Source: an uncultured Syntrophobacteraceae bacterium
GTDB taxonomy: Bacteria > Desulfobacterota > Binatia > UBA9968
Direction: 5' to 3'
DNA length: 64,000 nucleotides
Assembly: GCA_964572145.1 (NCBI GenBank)
Contig: CAZNES010000005.1
Coordinates: forward strand, 21,642 to 85,641
The translations under genes and the position numbers were made by a program. Below are positions 17,997 through 26,686 of this stretch, piece after piece (the stretch's first letter is position 1; each line of letters opens with the position of its first letter). A model generated the notes under the pieces. That model saw only the letters and a list, made by a program, of their open reading frames with translations. It was not told the origin of the DNA and ran no database searches.

Positions 17997-19420
17997 CAGG
18001 CTTTTACCTTCTTCATTTTTCTTCGCTTCTCTTCGGTCCAACCCTTTTTTACGTTCTCGACTCTTTCGTTATACACCAGCGCTCCCGCCGGCACGTCACG
18101 GCGGATCGTCGTCGCCGTCGCTACGTACACGTCGTCGCCGAGTGAGACCGGCGCTACCAGGGTGGAGTCGCTGCCGACCTGAACCCGGTCGCCGATGGTC
18201 GTTCGATATTTATTGAATCCATCGTAATTGCACGTGATGGTGCCGGCGCCGATGTTCGTGTCGCGCCCGACGGTCACGTCGCCCAGATAGGAGAGGTGAT
18301 TCGCTTTCGACCCCGCGCCGATCGTCGCTTGCTTGGCCTCGACGAAGTTCCCGAGGTGAACGCGCGGGCCCAAATGAGTTCCCGGCCGGAGATGAGCGAA
18401 CGGGCCGACGATCGCGCCGTCCTCAACTTGGGAATCGGTCATGACCACTGAAAACTTTAGCTGGACGTCATTGGCCAGCCGCATGTTCGTCAAATACGCC
18501 GTGCCGTCGATCCGGCAGCGCTCGCCGATCACGGTGTCGCCCAAGAGGTGGGTGTTCGGACCGATGATCGTGTCCTTGCCGATCTTGACCCCTTCGTCGA
18601 TGTAGGTGGTCTGGGGATCCTTGAGGGTCACGCCTGCTTCCATCCATTTTCGGTTGATCCGCTCCTGGAGGATCTTTTCCATAAGCGCAAGCTCCTCTCT
18701 TGTGTTGATGCCCATAATCTCCCGCACGTCCTTCGCCTCGACGGTTCCGACTCTCTTGCCGGCGTTCAGCGCTGCGGCGACGATGTCGGTCAGATAATAT
18801 TCCTGTTGCCGGTTCGAGTTGGTGACGCCCTGCAAAGCGGAAAAGAGAAAATCGGACGAGACCGCGTAAATGCCGGCGTTGACCTCCGTGATATTCTTTT
18901 CCGCGTCCGTTGCATCTTTTTCCTCGACGATTCCGATCACTTTTCCCTCGGCGTCGCGGAGAATTCGGCCGTAGCCGTAGGGGTCGCTAAGACGCACGGT
19001 CACAAACGTAAGCGTCGCGTTTTCTTCGCCGTGATGGCGCAACAGCCGAAGCAGGCAGTCCCGGGTGATCAATGGCACGTCGCCGCTGAGAATTAAGAGA
19101 TCTCCCCTGAATCCCCCGAAGATTTCTTTGGCGCAGTTGGCCGCGTGCCCCGTGCCGAGTTGTTTTTCCTGCATGACCCAATGGGTTCCCTCGTCGCTGC
19201 AGGCCTGCCGCACCGACTCCGCGCCGTGCCCCACGACGACGGCGATCTTCTTCGGATTCAAGCTGCGCGCGATTTTCACGGGATAGGAAAAGAGCGGTTG
19301 TCCCCCGATGCAGTGAAGGACTTTGGGCAGGCTGGAATTCATTCGTTTTCCAAGGCCTGCCGCGAGGATGATGACGCCGAGATCGGGTATGCCTTCCTTC
19401 ATAGAAAAACGTCGCGACAA
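17996..19420 (-). CDS. glmU: Bifunctional UDP-N-acetylglucosamine pyrophosphorylase / GlcN-1-P acetyltransferase
   Basis: 'ILAAGLGKRM' nucleotidyltransferase motif plus C-terminal hexapeptide repeats. Start may be M1 or M7. Confidence 0.95.
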   Translation of the reverse strand: MSRRFSMKEGIPDLGVIILAAGLGKRMNSSLPKVLHCIGGQPLFSYPVKIARSLNPKKIAVVVGHGAESVRQACSDEGTHWVMQEKQLGTGHAANCAKEIFGGFRGDLLILSGDVPLITRDCLLRLLRHHGEENATLTFVTVRLSDPYGYGRILRDAEGKVIGIVEEKDATDAEKNITEVNAGIYAVSSDFLFSALQGVTNSNRQQEYYLTDIVAAALNAGKRVGTVEAKDVREIMGINTREELALMEKILQERINRKWMEAGVTLKDPQTTYIDEGVKIGKDTIIGPNTHLLGDTVIGERCRIDGTAYLTNMRLANDVQLKFSVVMTDSQVEDGAIVGPFAHLRPGTHLGPRVHLGNFVEAKQATIGAGSKANHLSYLGDVTVGRDTNIGAGTITCNYDGFNKYRTTIGDRVQVGSDSTLVAPVSLGDDVYVATATTIRRDVPAGALVYNERVENVKKGWTEEKRRKMKKVKA

Positions 19421-19507
19421 TGAAGCGGATTATAGCGTAAGAGGCGGGTCATTCAAAGAGAATAGCAGCCGGCCAGACTCTCGGGTGGCGCCTTCGCAAA
19501 GAAGAAT

Positions 19508-19735
19508 TTATTTCGCGGGCGCCGGCGGATCGGGCATCCGCTGGATCGGTAGGCGCGGCTTGCCTTGGTTTTGCGGATAGCGCTCGCCGCAGCTTTTAAT
19601 CATGTACATCAGCAGCGACACGGAGATGACGATCGATGCCAGAGTGATGAGCGGTCTTAGAAAGGCGCTCCAGCGCTCGCGGCGGCGGCGTTCTTTCAGC
19701 TCGGCCAATCTTTCGGCTTTTTCTTCGGGTGTCAT
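19508..19735 (-). CDS. Small predicted membrane protein (75 aa)
   Basis: Charged N-terminus followed by one hydrophobic helix, 'LRPLITLASIVISVSLLMYMI'. It lies directly downstream of the ABC-2 permease. Confidence 0.4.
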   Translation of the reverse strand: MTPEEKAERLAELKERRRRERWSAFLRPLITLASIVISVSLLMYMIKSCGERYPQNQGKPRLPIQRMPDPPAPAK

Positions 19736-19741
19736 CGGACT

Positions 19742-20506
19742 TTACGCCAATTGGCGGCTCAGCACCCTGGCGCCGAGCCATAACATCGCGGCGTCGAAGA
19801 CCAGTAGCACGGCAACCGTCCACAGAAGCCGCGGCGCGTCCCAGCCGGTGAGGATCAGCGAGCGCATCGCGTCGATCGCGTAGGTCATGGGATTGACGCG
19901 CGCGAGAAGCCGCATCCAGGCTGGCAACGTTTCGAGCGGGACAAACGCGCTCGATAGGAAGGTGAGCGGAAGGGCCGTGATTCCCATGATGGCGAAAAAA
20001 TCGCCGTGGTTATGCAGAACGAAAGCGAGCATCAGCGAAATCGCCGTTACGCCGAAACCCAGCAGCAGGCCGGTTCCAAGCAGCGCCGCCACGCCGCCGA
20101 TGCCGGTGGCGATGCGGACGCCGAAGAGGATGCCCAGCACGAGAATGAGCAGGCACTGGAGCATCGTGCTGAGATTGACTGCGAGAAAGCGGCTGACCAG
20201 GATCGAGGAGCGCGAGATCGGCGCGCTCATCAGCCGCAGGAGAAAACCGTTCTCTCTATCGAAGAGAAGAGGAATGCCGCCGCCCATGCTGTTGCCGAAA
20301 GCCGTGAGCGCGAGGATTCCCGGCAACAGATAGCTGCGGTAATCTTCGCCGACCGAGTTTCGCGCCAGGCCTTGAAAAGCGCCGCCCATGAATATCAAAA
20401 GAATGATCGGATTCAATAAATTAAAAGCGAGACTGAACGGCTCGCGCTTGAGATGGATCATCCAGCGTCGGAATTGCGCGTTGGTCTCCTGAATAAACTC
20501 ACGCAC
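19742..20506 (-). CDS. ABC-2 type transporter permease
   Basis: Multi-TM protein. A GTG start at 20506 is preceded by GGAGGA and overlaps the ATPase stop (GTGCGTGA). The longer track ORF (to 20620) overlaps the ATPase gene. Confidence 0.8.
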   Translation of the reverse strand: MREFIQETNAQFRRWMIHLKREPFSLAFNLLNPIILLIFMGGAFQGLARNSVGEDYRSYLLPGILALTAFGNSMGGGIPLLFDRENGFLLRLMSAPISRSSILVSRFLAVNLSTMLQCLLILVLGILFGVRIATGIGGVAALLGTGLLLGFGVTAISLMLAFVLHNHGDFFAIMGITALPLTFLSSAFVPLETLPAWMRLLARVNPMTYAIDAMRSLILTGWDAPRLLWTVAVLLVFDAAMLWLGARVLSRQLA

Positions 20507-21476
20507 CGTTTCGTCCTCCTTCGGAGAACGCGCGGCCGGCGTAATGGAGAAAGACGTCGTCGAGGCCGGGACGGCTGTAGGTGATCGAGTGGACCGAGAT
20601 GCCCGCGGCAGCGGCGGCATCGAGTATCTTCGGCACCGCCGCCTCGTTGCTCTCCACGTAGACCTTGAGACGCGTCCCGTCTTTCACCGACCTCTGGACC
20701 ATCGAGAGCTGCGAGACGGTTTTATCCAAACTGTCCAGGGATGCTCCGTCATGATCGTTCGCGCTCGCAATCTCCACCGAAACGACATCTCCGCCGAGCC
20801 GGCTCCTCAGTGTTGCCGGCGAGCCCAACGCGACGATCTTGCCGCGATCGATGATCGCCACTTCGTCGCAAAGCCGCTCCGCCTCGTCCATGTAATTCGT
20901 GCAGAGAAAAACGGTGGTCCCGTGCTCCTTCAACCGCAGAATATAGTTCCATACGTCGCGGCGCACCTGAACGTCGAGGCCGAGCGACGGCTCGTCGAGC
21001 AGGATCACCGGCGGACGATGGAGCAGCCCGCAGGCGAGATCGAGCTTTTTCTTCGTCCCGCCGGAGAGATCGCGCGCGCGTCGGTCCTCCAGGCCGGCCA
21101 GGCCGACCAGAGCGAGCACCTCCTGCATTCTGCTTTCGCGCACCGCGGACGGCAGATGATAAATATCGGCGTAATAACGTAGGTGCTCTCGCGCCGTAAG
21201 ATAGGGGTCCGTCGTCAGCTCTTGCGGCACGTAGCCGATCAAGCTGCGCGCTTTAGCCGGGTCCTTGCCCACGTCGGTCCCCGCCACTTCGACCCGGCCG
21301 CTATCCGGCCGAACCAGCGTGATGAGGATCTTGACGGTCGTAGTTTTTCCCGCGCCGTTCGGCCCCAAGAGGCCGAAGATTCTGCCGCGCTCGACCTCCA
21401 GGGAAATTCCGTCCAGAGCGACGACGCTGCCGTAAGATTTCTTTAAGTTTTCGATGCGGACGACGGGTGCGGACAT
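20499..21476 (-). CDS. ABC transporter ATP-binding protein (DrrA-like)
   Basis: Walker A 'GPNGAGKTT', signature 'LSGGTKKKL', Walker B 'ILLDEPS'. Confidence 0.9.
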   Translation of the reverse strand: MSAPVVRIENLKKSYGSVVALDGISLEVERGRIFGLLGPNGAGKTTTVKILITLVRPDSGRVEVAGTDVGKDPAKARSLIGYVPQELTTDPYLTAREHLRYYADIYHLPSAVRESRMQEVLALVGLAGLEDRRARDLSGGTKKKLDLACGLLHRPPVILLDEPSLGLDVQVRRDVWNYILRLKEHGTTVFLCTNYMDEAERLCDEVAIIDRGKIVALGSPATLRSRLGGDVVSVEIASANDHDGASLDSLDKTVSQLSMVQRSVKDGTRLKVYVESNEAAVPKILDAAAAAGISVHSITYSRPGLDDVFLHYAGRAFSEGGRNGA

Positions 21477-21550
21477 GTCAGTCGAGAATCATATTACGTG
21501 ATCCGGCCGAAGTCCACTGGACGGCTGTCGGTTCCAACCGAGATTTGTCC

Positions 21551-21586
21551 CGGACATATAAAAAAACACGGACATATAAAAAAACT
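21551..21586. repeat. Perfect tandem duplication of an AT-rich 18-mer (CGGACATATAAAAAAACN x2) in a divergent promoter region
   Basis: cggacatataaaaaaaca / cggacatataaaaaaact, read directly. Confidence 0.9.
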
Positions 21587-21622
21587 TGTCAACGAGGGGG
21601 AATTCGATTACAACGGGAGAAC

Positions 21623-22594
21623 ATGAAAAAAAGCGGCCTCGTCATCGACGTGCACCATCACTGGATGCCCGAAGAGCACTATCGCCGGCCTGAGCTTTAC
21701 GTGCGCCAAGACGAGGAAGTGATTCACGACGCCGACCGCTTCCGCATCCAGCGCGCCGGCATCCAGCTCTTTTCCCCGCCTAAATTGACCTCGCGCATCG
21801 ACGAGCAGATCAAGGCGATGGACCGCGCGGGCGTCGATCGCGCGGCGCTCCACGTCGGCGTCTGGCTCGACTGGGTGGATCTCAAAAGCGCGCGGCTCAT
21901 CAACGACAGAATGGCGGAGATCGCGGCGCAATATCCCGGCCGCATCATCCCGCTCGCTCACGTGCCGCCGCTCGATGCCGAAGGCGTGAAAGAGTTGCGG
22001 CGCGCGGTGGTGGATCTGGGCTGCAAGGGAGTCGCGGTCAACACGCACGTCGGCGGCGTTCTGCTCGACGACGAGCGGATGTATCCTTTCTATCACGCGG
22101 TGTCGGACCTCGACGTTCCGATTTTAGTCCATCCGGCGGCGGAGATCCCACTTGCCCATCCTCACGGCATGGAGCAGTTCAATCTGACGAGAAATCTGGG
22201 CCGCGCCTTCGACACGACGATCAACATCGCGCGGCTGATGCTCGGCGGCACGCTCGACCGCTTTCCCAACCTGCGCTTTGTCTTCTCGCATATGGGCGGC
22301 GCGTTTTTCGCCATCAAGAACCGGCTGAACCCGGCTTACTTCGACAAGCGCGGGAAAGGTTTTTTTGATAAGTATAAGCGGCGGATCTTTGTCGATACGG
22401 CGCCGCCTTTCTGGAGCCCGGAAGAGATCCGCTTCGCGGTGAATATGATGGGCGAGAGCCAGGTGCTGATGGGAAGCGATTTTCCCACGATCGATCTCTT
22501 GAAAGACGCGGTCAGCATCGTGCGCAAGGCGAAGGCGACGGCGCAAGTCAAGAAAAAAGTTCTCGGGGAGAACGCGCGCAAGCTGTTCGGCTGA
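21623..22594 (+). CDS. Amidohydrolase_2 (ACMSD-like) family metal-dependent hydrolase
   Basis: 'MKKSGLVIDVHHHWMPEEHY' with RBS GGGAGA 3 nt upstream, and C-terminal 'GSDFP'. The track ORF start at 21467 is unlikely. Confidence 0.85.
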   Translation: MKKSGLVIDVHHHWMPEEHYRRPELYVRQDEEVIHDADRFRIQRAGIQLFSPPKLTSRIDEQIKAMDRAGVDRAALHVGVWLDWVDLKSARLINDRMAEIAAQYPGRIIPLAHVPPLDAEGVKELRRAVVDLGCKGVAVNTHVGGVLLDDERMYPFYHAVSDLDVPILVHPAAEIPLAHPHGMEQFNLTRNLGRAFDTTINIARLMLGGTLDRFPNLRFVFSHMGGAFFAIKNRLNPAYFDKRGKGFFDKYKRRIFVDTAPPFWSPEEIRFAVNMMGESQVLMGSDFPTIDLLKDAVSIVRKAKATAQVKKKVLGENARKLFG

Positions 22595-22615
22595 GTTTCC
22601 CAAAAAGGAAACGAC

Positions 22616-22768
22616 ATGGACCGATCGGAGCCTCCCGATGCCAAGCAAGAAAACTGGTGGGATATCTGTCCCATCTGCGGCGCCAGGCTCGTCAATCAGA
22701 AGTGCAAGTTTGTCTGCTCCAATCCCAAGTGCCATTACTTTCAAAGCTGCAGCGAGTTCGACACGTGA
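22616..22768 (+). CDS. Small zinc-ribbon protein (50 aa; below the ORF-track cutoff)
   Basis: My own translation: MDRSEPPDAKQENWWDICPICGARLVNQKCKFVCSNPKCHYFQSCSEFDT*. AAGGAA RBS is 5 nt upstream. Third codon positions are strongly G/C-rich, like neighbouring genes. Confidence 0.55.
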   Translation: MDRSEPPDAKQENWWDICPICGARLVNQKCKFVCSNPKCHYFQSCSEFDT

Positions 22769-22778
22769 TGAAGAGATG

Positions 22779-22900
22779 TGGAGTAATGGAGTATTGGAGT
22801 CATGGAGTAATGTGATGGAAACCCAACCAGACTCCACTTCAAGACTTCAACATTCCGATCCCGCAATACTCCAATACTCCAACACTCCAGTACTCCAATA
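22779..22900. repeat. Palindromic element whose arms are 4x 8-nt tandem repeats (GGAGTAAT-type / CAATACTC-type)
   Basis: Left arm is ggagtaat ggagtatt ggagtcat ggagtaat. Right arm is caatactc caatactc caacactc cagtactc. Confidence 0.85.
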
Positions 22901-22908
22901 GTTCCTGT

Positions 22909-23643
22909 ATGGCTAAGACCGCGGGTATCATCATCATCGGTAACGAGGTCCTGTCGGGGAAGACGCAGGACACAAACTCGCACTTCCTTTCCAAGGAGCT
23001 GCGCGCCCTCGGCGTCGAGCTCCGTCGCGTCGTCGTCATTCCGGACGAGATCGAGCTCATCGGCCGCGAGGTCGCCGCCTTCGCGCACGACTTCGATTTT
23101 GTTTTCACCACCGGCGGCGTCGGCCCAACGCACGACGACGTGACGATGGCCGGCATCTCCCGCGGCTTCGGCGTCAACGTCATTCGCCATCCCGACCTCG
23201 AGCGGCGGCTGCGCGAGCGTCACGGCGCGAACATCAACGAGGCCAGGCTGCGCATGGCCGAAGTTCCCGAAGGCGCGGAGCTTGTCGGCGATTGGTCGCT
23301 CTACGGGCCGGTGGTAAAAATGAAAAACGTCTACATTTTTCCCGGCATCCCCAAAGTCCTGCAAGACCGCTTTGAGGCCATCAAGGAAAGTTTCCGCGAG
23401 GCGCCTTACTATCTCAAAATTATTTATTCCAGAGAAGGCGAGGGAGTGATCGCCGCGATTCTCAACGACCTGCTCGCGAGCTTTCCCGATCTTCTCCTCG
23501 GCTCTTATCCCGTGCTCGACAACCCGGACTACCGGGTGAAGTTGACTTTGGAATCCAAAGACCGGGCCTATCTCGATCGCGCCTTCCAGAAACTCCTGAG
23601 CGCGCTGCCTGCGGGATCTGTCCTCCGGACCGAGGGAAGCTGA
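22909..23643 (+). CDS. CinA-N-terminal/MoCF-biosynthesis (MoaB/MogA-like) domain protein
   Basis: 'IIIIGNEVLSGKTQDTNSHFL...FVFTTGGVGPTHDDVT'. Confidence 0.78.
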   Translation: MAKTAGIIIIGNEVLSGKTQDTNSHFLSKELRALGVELRRVVVIPDEIELIGREVAAFAHDFDFVFTTGGVGPTHDDVTMAGISRGFGVNVIRHPDLERRLRERHGANINEARLRMAEVPEGAELVGDWSLYGPVVKMKNVYIFPGIPKVLQDRFEAIKESFREAPYYLKIIYSREGEGVIAAILNDLLASFPDLLLGSYPVLDNPDYRVKLTLESKDRAYLDRAFQKLLSALPAGSVLRTEGS

Positions 23644-23646
23644 GAA

Positions 23647-25095
23647 ATGGAGGAACGGCAGCCTAGCGGATCTTGGGGAACTCTGCTGCCGTTCAAGCAA
23701 GCCGCGCTGCCGCGCTTTCCCGGCATGCTCGCCGCCCTGGGTCCGGGCGTCATCTTCCTCGCCCTGGCGCAGGGCAGCGGCGAACTCATCTGGTGGCCGT
23801 ACATCATCGCGAAATACGGCCTCGCGTTTCTCTTCCTTCTCGTCCCGGCCTGCCTGCTCCAGTTTCCGGTCGTCTACGAAATCGGCCGCTACACGATGCT
23901 CACGGGCGAGAGCATCTTCCAGGGCTTCATACGCCTGAACCGCTCTTTCGCCGTTCTGCTCTGGGTCCTCATGACGATTTCTTTTCTCTGGTTTGGCGCC
24001 TTCGCCGCCGCCGGCGGGACTTCGCTCGCGGCATTGACCGGTTTTCCGTCAGGTTGGAGCGCGCGCGGTCAGACTCTGTTTTGGGCGTATGCCACGATGC
24101 TGGTTTTTTTCTCCGCGATTATTTTGAGCAACGTCGTTTACCGTCTCGTGGAAGCTTTCATGTGGGGCGTCTCGATCGTGACGCTGGTCGGTCTTCTCTG
24201 GGCGAGCGCGCATCCGGACGTGCTGGCGATGCTGCCGGCATTTCTCAAAGGTTTGTTCGTTCCCCAATGGCCCATGCCGCGGCCATGGGATTCGGCGGAC
24301 GCGACGACGCTGTTGACCGCGATCACCTTTGCCGGCCTCGGCGGCTTCTGGACGCTTTTCTATTCCTACTGGACGCGCGACAAAGGCGTCGCGATGGCGC
24401 ATTACATGGGCCGCATCACGGGACCGGTCACGGGAAAGCCCGAGTCGATTCCCGACTCCGGCTTCACGCCCAGCGCGGACGCGGGATTGGCCGAGCTTCC
24501 GAAATGGAAGCGCTTCATGGTTTGGGACATCGGCATCGGCATCGGCGGCAATCTGCTGACGACGTTGATGACCTGCCTCTTGGCCTACGCGCTGCTTTAT
24601 CCCAAAGGACTGTTGCCGCAGGACTACGAGCTGGCGGTGGTGCAGAGCCGTTTTTTCGAGGTGAGCTGGGGCTGGATCGGCAGAGTTCTATTTCTGATCG
24701 TGGCCGCTGCGTTTCTCTCGGACACGTGGCTCGCGACCGTGGACGCCGTCAGCCGCATCCACACCGATTGCGTGTACGCATTTTTTCCCGCGGCGCGAAA
24801 GATTCCCGTCCGCTCGTGGTATCTTATTTTTCTCTTTCTTCTCACCGCGATCACTTCGGTCACGGTTTTAATCAGCGCGCCGGGACCGCTTATTCTTCTC
24901 TCGGCTGTGATCGGTTTTGTCGGTACGGTGATCTATTCGGTCGCGCTCATTGTGCTGAACCACGTCTATTTGCCGCGCCATCTTCCCGCGGGCGCGCGTC
25001 CGGGGAAACTCAACCTAGGGTTTTTGATTGTCTCCTGCGTGGCCTACGGCGCGCTCGCCGTTGCCTATCTGCTCGCCGTCTTTAAACTGATCTAG
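23647..25095 (+). CDS. Nramp-like divalent metal cation transporter (polytopic membrane protein)
   Basis: 482 aa with many TM helices. N-terminal 'GPGVIFLALAQGSGELIWWP' is Nramp-like. Confidence 0.65.
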   Translation: MEERQPSGSWGTLLPFKQAALPRFPGMLAALGPGVIFLALAQGSGELIWWPYIIAKYGLAFLFLLVPACLLQFPVVYEIGRYTMLTGESIFQGFIRLNRSFAVLLWVLMTISFLWFGAFAAAGGTSLAALTGFPSGWSARGQTLFWAYATMLVFFSAIILSNVVYRLVEAFMWGVSIVTLVGLLWASAHPDVLAMLPAFLKGLFVPQWPMPRPWDSADATTLLTAITFAGLGGFWTLFYSYWTRDKGVAMAHYMGRITGPVTGKPESIPDSGFTPSADAGLAELPKWKRFMVWDIGIGIGGNLLTTLMTCLLAYALLYPKGLLPQDYELAVVQSRFFEVSWGWIGRVLFLIVAAAFLSDTWLATVDAVSRIHTDCVYAFFPAARKIPVRSWYLIFLFLLTAITSVTVLISAPGPLILLSAVIGFVGTVIYSVALIVLNHVYLPRHLPAGARPGKLNLGFLIVSCVAYGALAVAYLLAVFKLI

Positions 25096-25164
25096 CAGAT
25101 TATTCACAATAAGAAGCCCGAGAGCAGCTCGCGCTTGAGGGCTGATCGCCGTGAACAATTCGGG

Positions 25165-25875
25165 CTAGAAGAGGCCGTCGTTGAAGCCTATATCCCAGCC
25201 GAGAAACAGCCCGAAAGCCGCGCTCGCCAATCCGGCCACCAAGCGTATCCAGTGGTTGAGAACGGTGAATCTTTGCGCGGTGAGGATAAACGGCAGGCCG
25301 ATTAAGCTGCTCAGCACCAGCATGCTGCCCACCGAGCCGAAGCCGAAAATCACGATGTAGAGCAGCCCGGCCATCGGCGATGGAATCGTCGTCAAGACCA
25401 GCAGCATCAACGCGGCGCTTCCCGCCAGGCCGTGGACCATGCCGACGAAAAACGGCTTGCGCATCGATTGGAACGGATGGGGATGAGCGTGAATTTCTTC
25501 CCGTTCGCCGTGGATATGGAAATGGCTGTGCGTCTCGGGACTGTGGTTGTGCGCGTGAAGATGGATTTTCTCGGAACGGAAAGATCGCCACAGGATGTTG
25601 ACCCCGAGTACGACCAACATCACCGCCACGAGAAACTCCAGGCCCAGCGCAACTCGCGGCGGAATGGTCAGGCGGAGTCCGATGACGAGCACCCCCACGA
25701 CAAAAAGCGTCGTCGTGTGGCCCAAGCCCCAGAAGGCGCCGATGAGAGAAGCCCACTTGAGATTCTTATGCTCGCTGACGATGGTGGAGACCGCGATCAG
25801 ATGGTCGGCGTCCAGGGCGTGCTTGACGCCCAAGATCAAGCCAAGACCGAAGGCAGCATAAAGAGATGGTTCCAT
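25165..25875 (-). CDS. Nickel/cobalt transporter-like membrane protein (NiCoT/UreH-like) with His-rich loop
   Basis: 'GVKHALDADHLIAV' resembles the NiCoT signature. His-rich loop 'HLHAHNHSPETHSHFHIHGEREEIHAHPHP'. Confidence 0.68.
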   Translation of the reverse strand: MEPSLYAAFGLGLILGVKHALDADHLIAVSTIVSEHKNLKWASLIGAFWGLGHTTTLFVVGVLVIGLRLTIPPRVALGLEFLVAVMLVVLGVNILWRSFRSEKIHLHAHNHSPETHSHFHIHGEREEIHAHPHPFQSMRKPFFVGMVHGLAGSAALMLLVLTTIPSPMAGLLYIVIFGFGSVGSMLVLSSLIGLPFILTAQRFTVLNHWIRLVAGLASAAFGLFLGWDIGFNDGLF

Positions 25876-26006
25876 AGCTTTAAACTTCTTGCAGGCCGAT
25901 CAAAACGTCCCAGATGCGAGGCGCGCGAGAACCGACGAGCGGAGGCGTACTTTTTTGAGTACGTCGAGCGAGGCGGATCGAAGCGCAACGAAGCAGGTGG
26001 GCGTTT

Positions 26007-26438
26007 TCAGCGGCCTGCCAAAGGTTGGCCGGATTGCGTGCCAATCCATACCTCTCCTCCCTCGAATACTTCCTTTTTCCAGATCGGCACGGTTTTCTTG
26101 ATTTCCTCGATCGCGAAGCGGCAGGCTTGAAATGCGTCGTCGCGGTGCGCGGCGGAGACGGCGATGATCACGCTCGGTTCTGTGATCTGGACCGGGCCGA
26201 TCCGATGCGTGATCGCCATGCGCTCGATCCGCCATTTTTTCTTGGCGTCCGCTCCGATGCGCGCCAACTCCTTTTCGGCCATTTCAGGATAAGCTTCGTA
26301 GTCGAGCGCGATGACCTTGCGCCCTTCGTTGTTGTTTCTCGTGGTGCCGATGAACGTGGCGATGGCGCCGGCCGACGGGTCGGTCACGCATCGCACCAGC
26401 TCTTGAATATCGATCGGCTCTCGTGTGACGCGAAACAT
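26007..26438 (-). CDS. moaE: Molybdopterin synthase catalytic subunit
   Basis: 143 aa with 'GAIATFIGTTRN...ALDYEAYPEMA'. Adjacent to moaD. Confidence 0.9.
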   Translation of the reverse strand: MFRVTREPIDIQELVRCVTDPSAGAIATFIGTTRNNNEGRKVIALDYEAYPEMAEKELARIGADAKKKWRIERMAITHRIGPVQITEPSVIIAVSAAHRDDAFQACRFAIEEIKKTVPIWKKEVFEGGEVWIGTQSGQPLAGR

Positions 26439-26440
26439 CT

Positions 26441-26686
26441 TTAGCCTCCGCTCACCGGCGGGACGAACACCACTTCATCTCTTTCTTTCAACGCGTAGTC
26501 CGGCTTCACGTAATTTTGGTTCACTGCGTAGAGAAGCCGCGTCGCCACCGGCGCCAGTCCGGGGTAATCTTTTTTCAACGCTTCCCAGAGGTCGGCGACC
26601 GTGCTGCCTTCCTCGATCTCCTTGGTGATCTCGCCGGCGCCTGCGCGCTCGCGCAGAATGGCGAAGAATTTTACTTTGATCGTCAT
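26441..26686 (-). CDS. moaD: Molybdopterin synthase sulfur-carrier subunit
   Basis: 81 aa with a ubiquitin-like fold pattern and a C-terminal '...VSGG'. Confidence 0.85.
   Translation of the reverse strand: MTIKVKFFAILRERAGAGEITKEIEEGSTVADLWEALKKDYPGLAPVATRLLYAVNQNYVKPDYALKERDEVVFVPPVSGG

Noticed and set aside
16773-18182. 469-aa plus-strand ORF antisense to glmS. Similar long antisense or alternative-frame ORFs occur at 47294..48655, 45319..46473, 46443..47462, 23673..25085, 35537..36229 and 63316..63999.
   Set aside because: Each overlaps a confidently identified conserved gene (glmS, pyrG/kdsB, kdsA, the Nramp-like gene, ahcY, the response regulator). Their products are Arg/Ala/Gly/Pro-rich and low in complexity. 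This is the usual stop-codon-poor artefact of high-GC DNA.
25950-25975. CGTACT-N6-AGTACG inverted repeat upstream of the nickel/cobalt transporter-like gene, considered as a NikR-type operator.
   Set aside because: The half-sites and spacing do not match the NikR operator I know (GTATGA-N16-TCATAC). A 6-bp palindrome is expected by chance in this much sequence.
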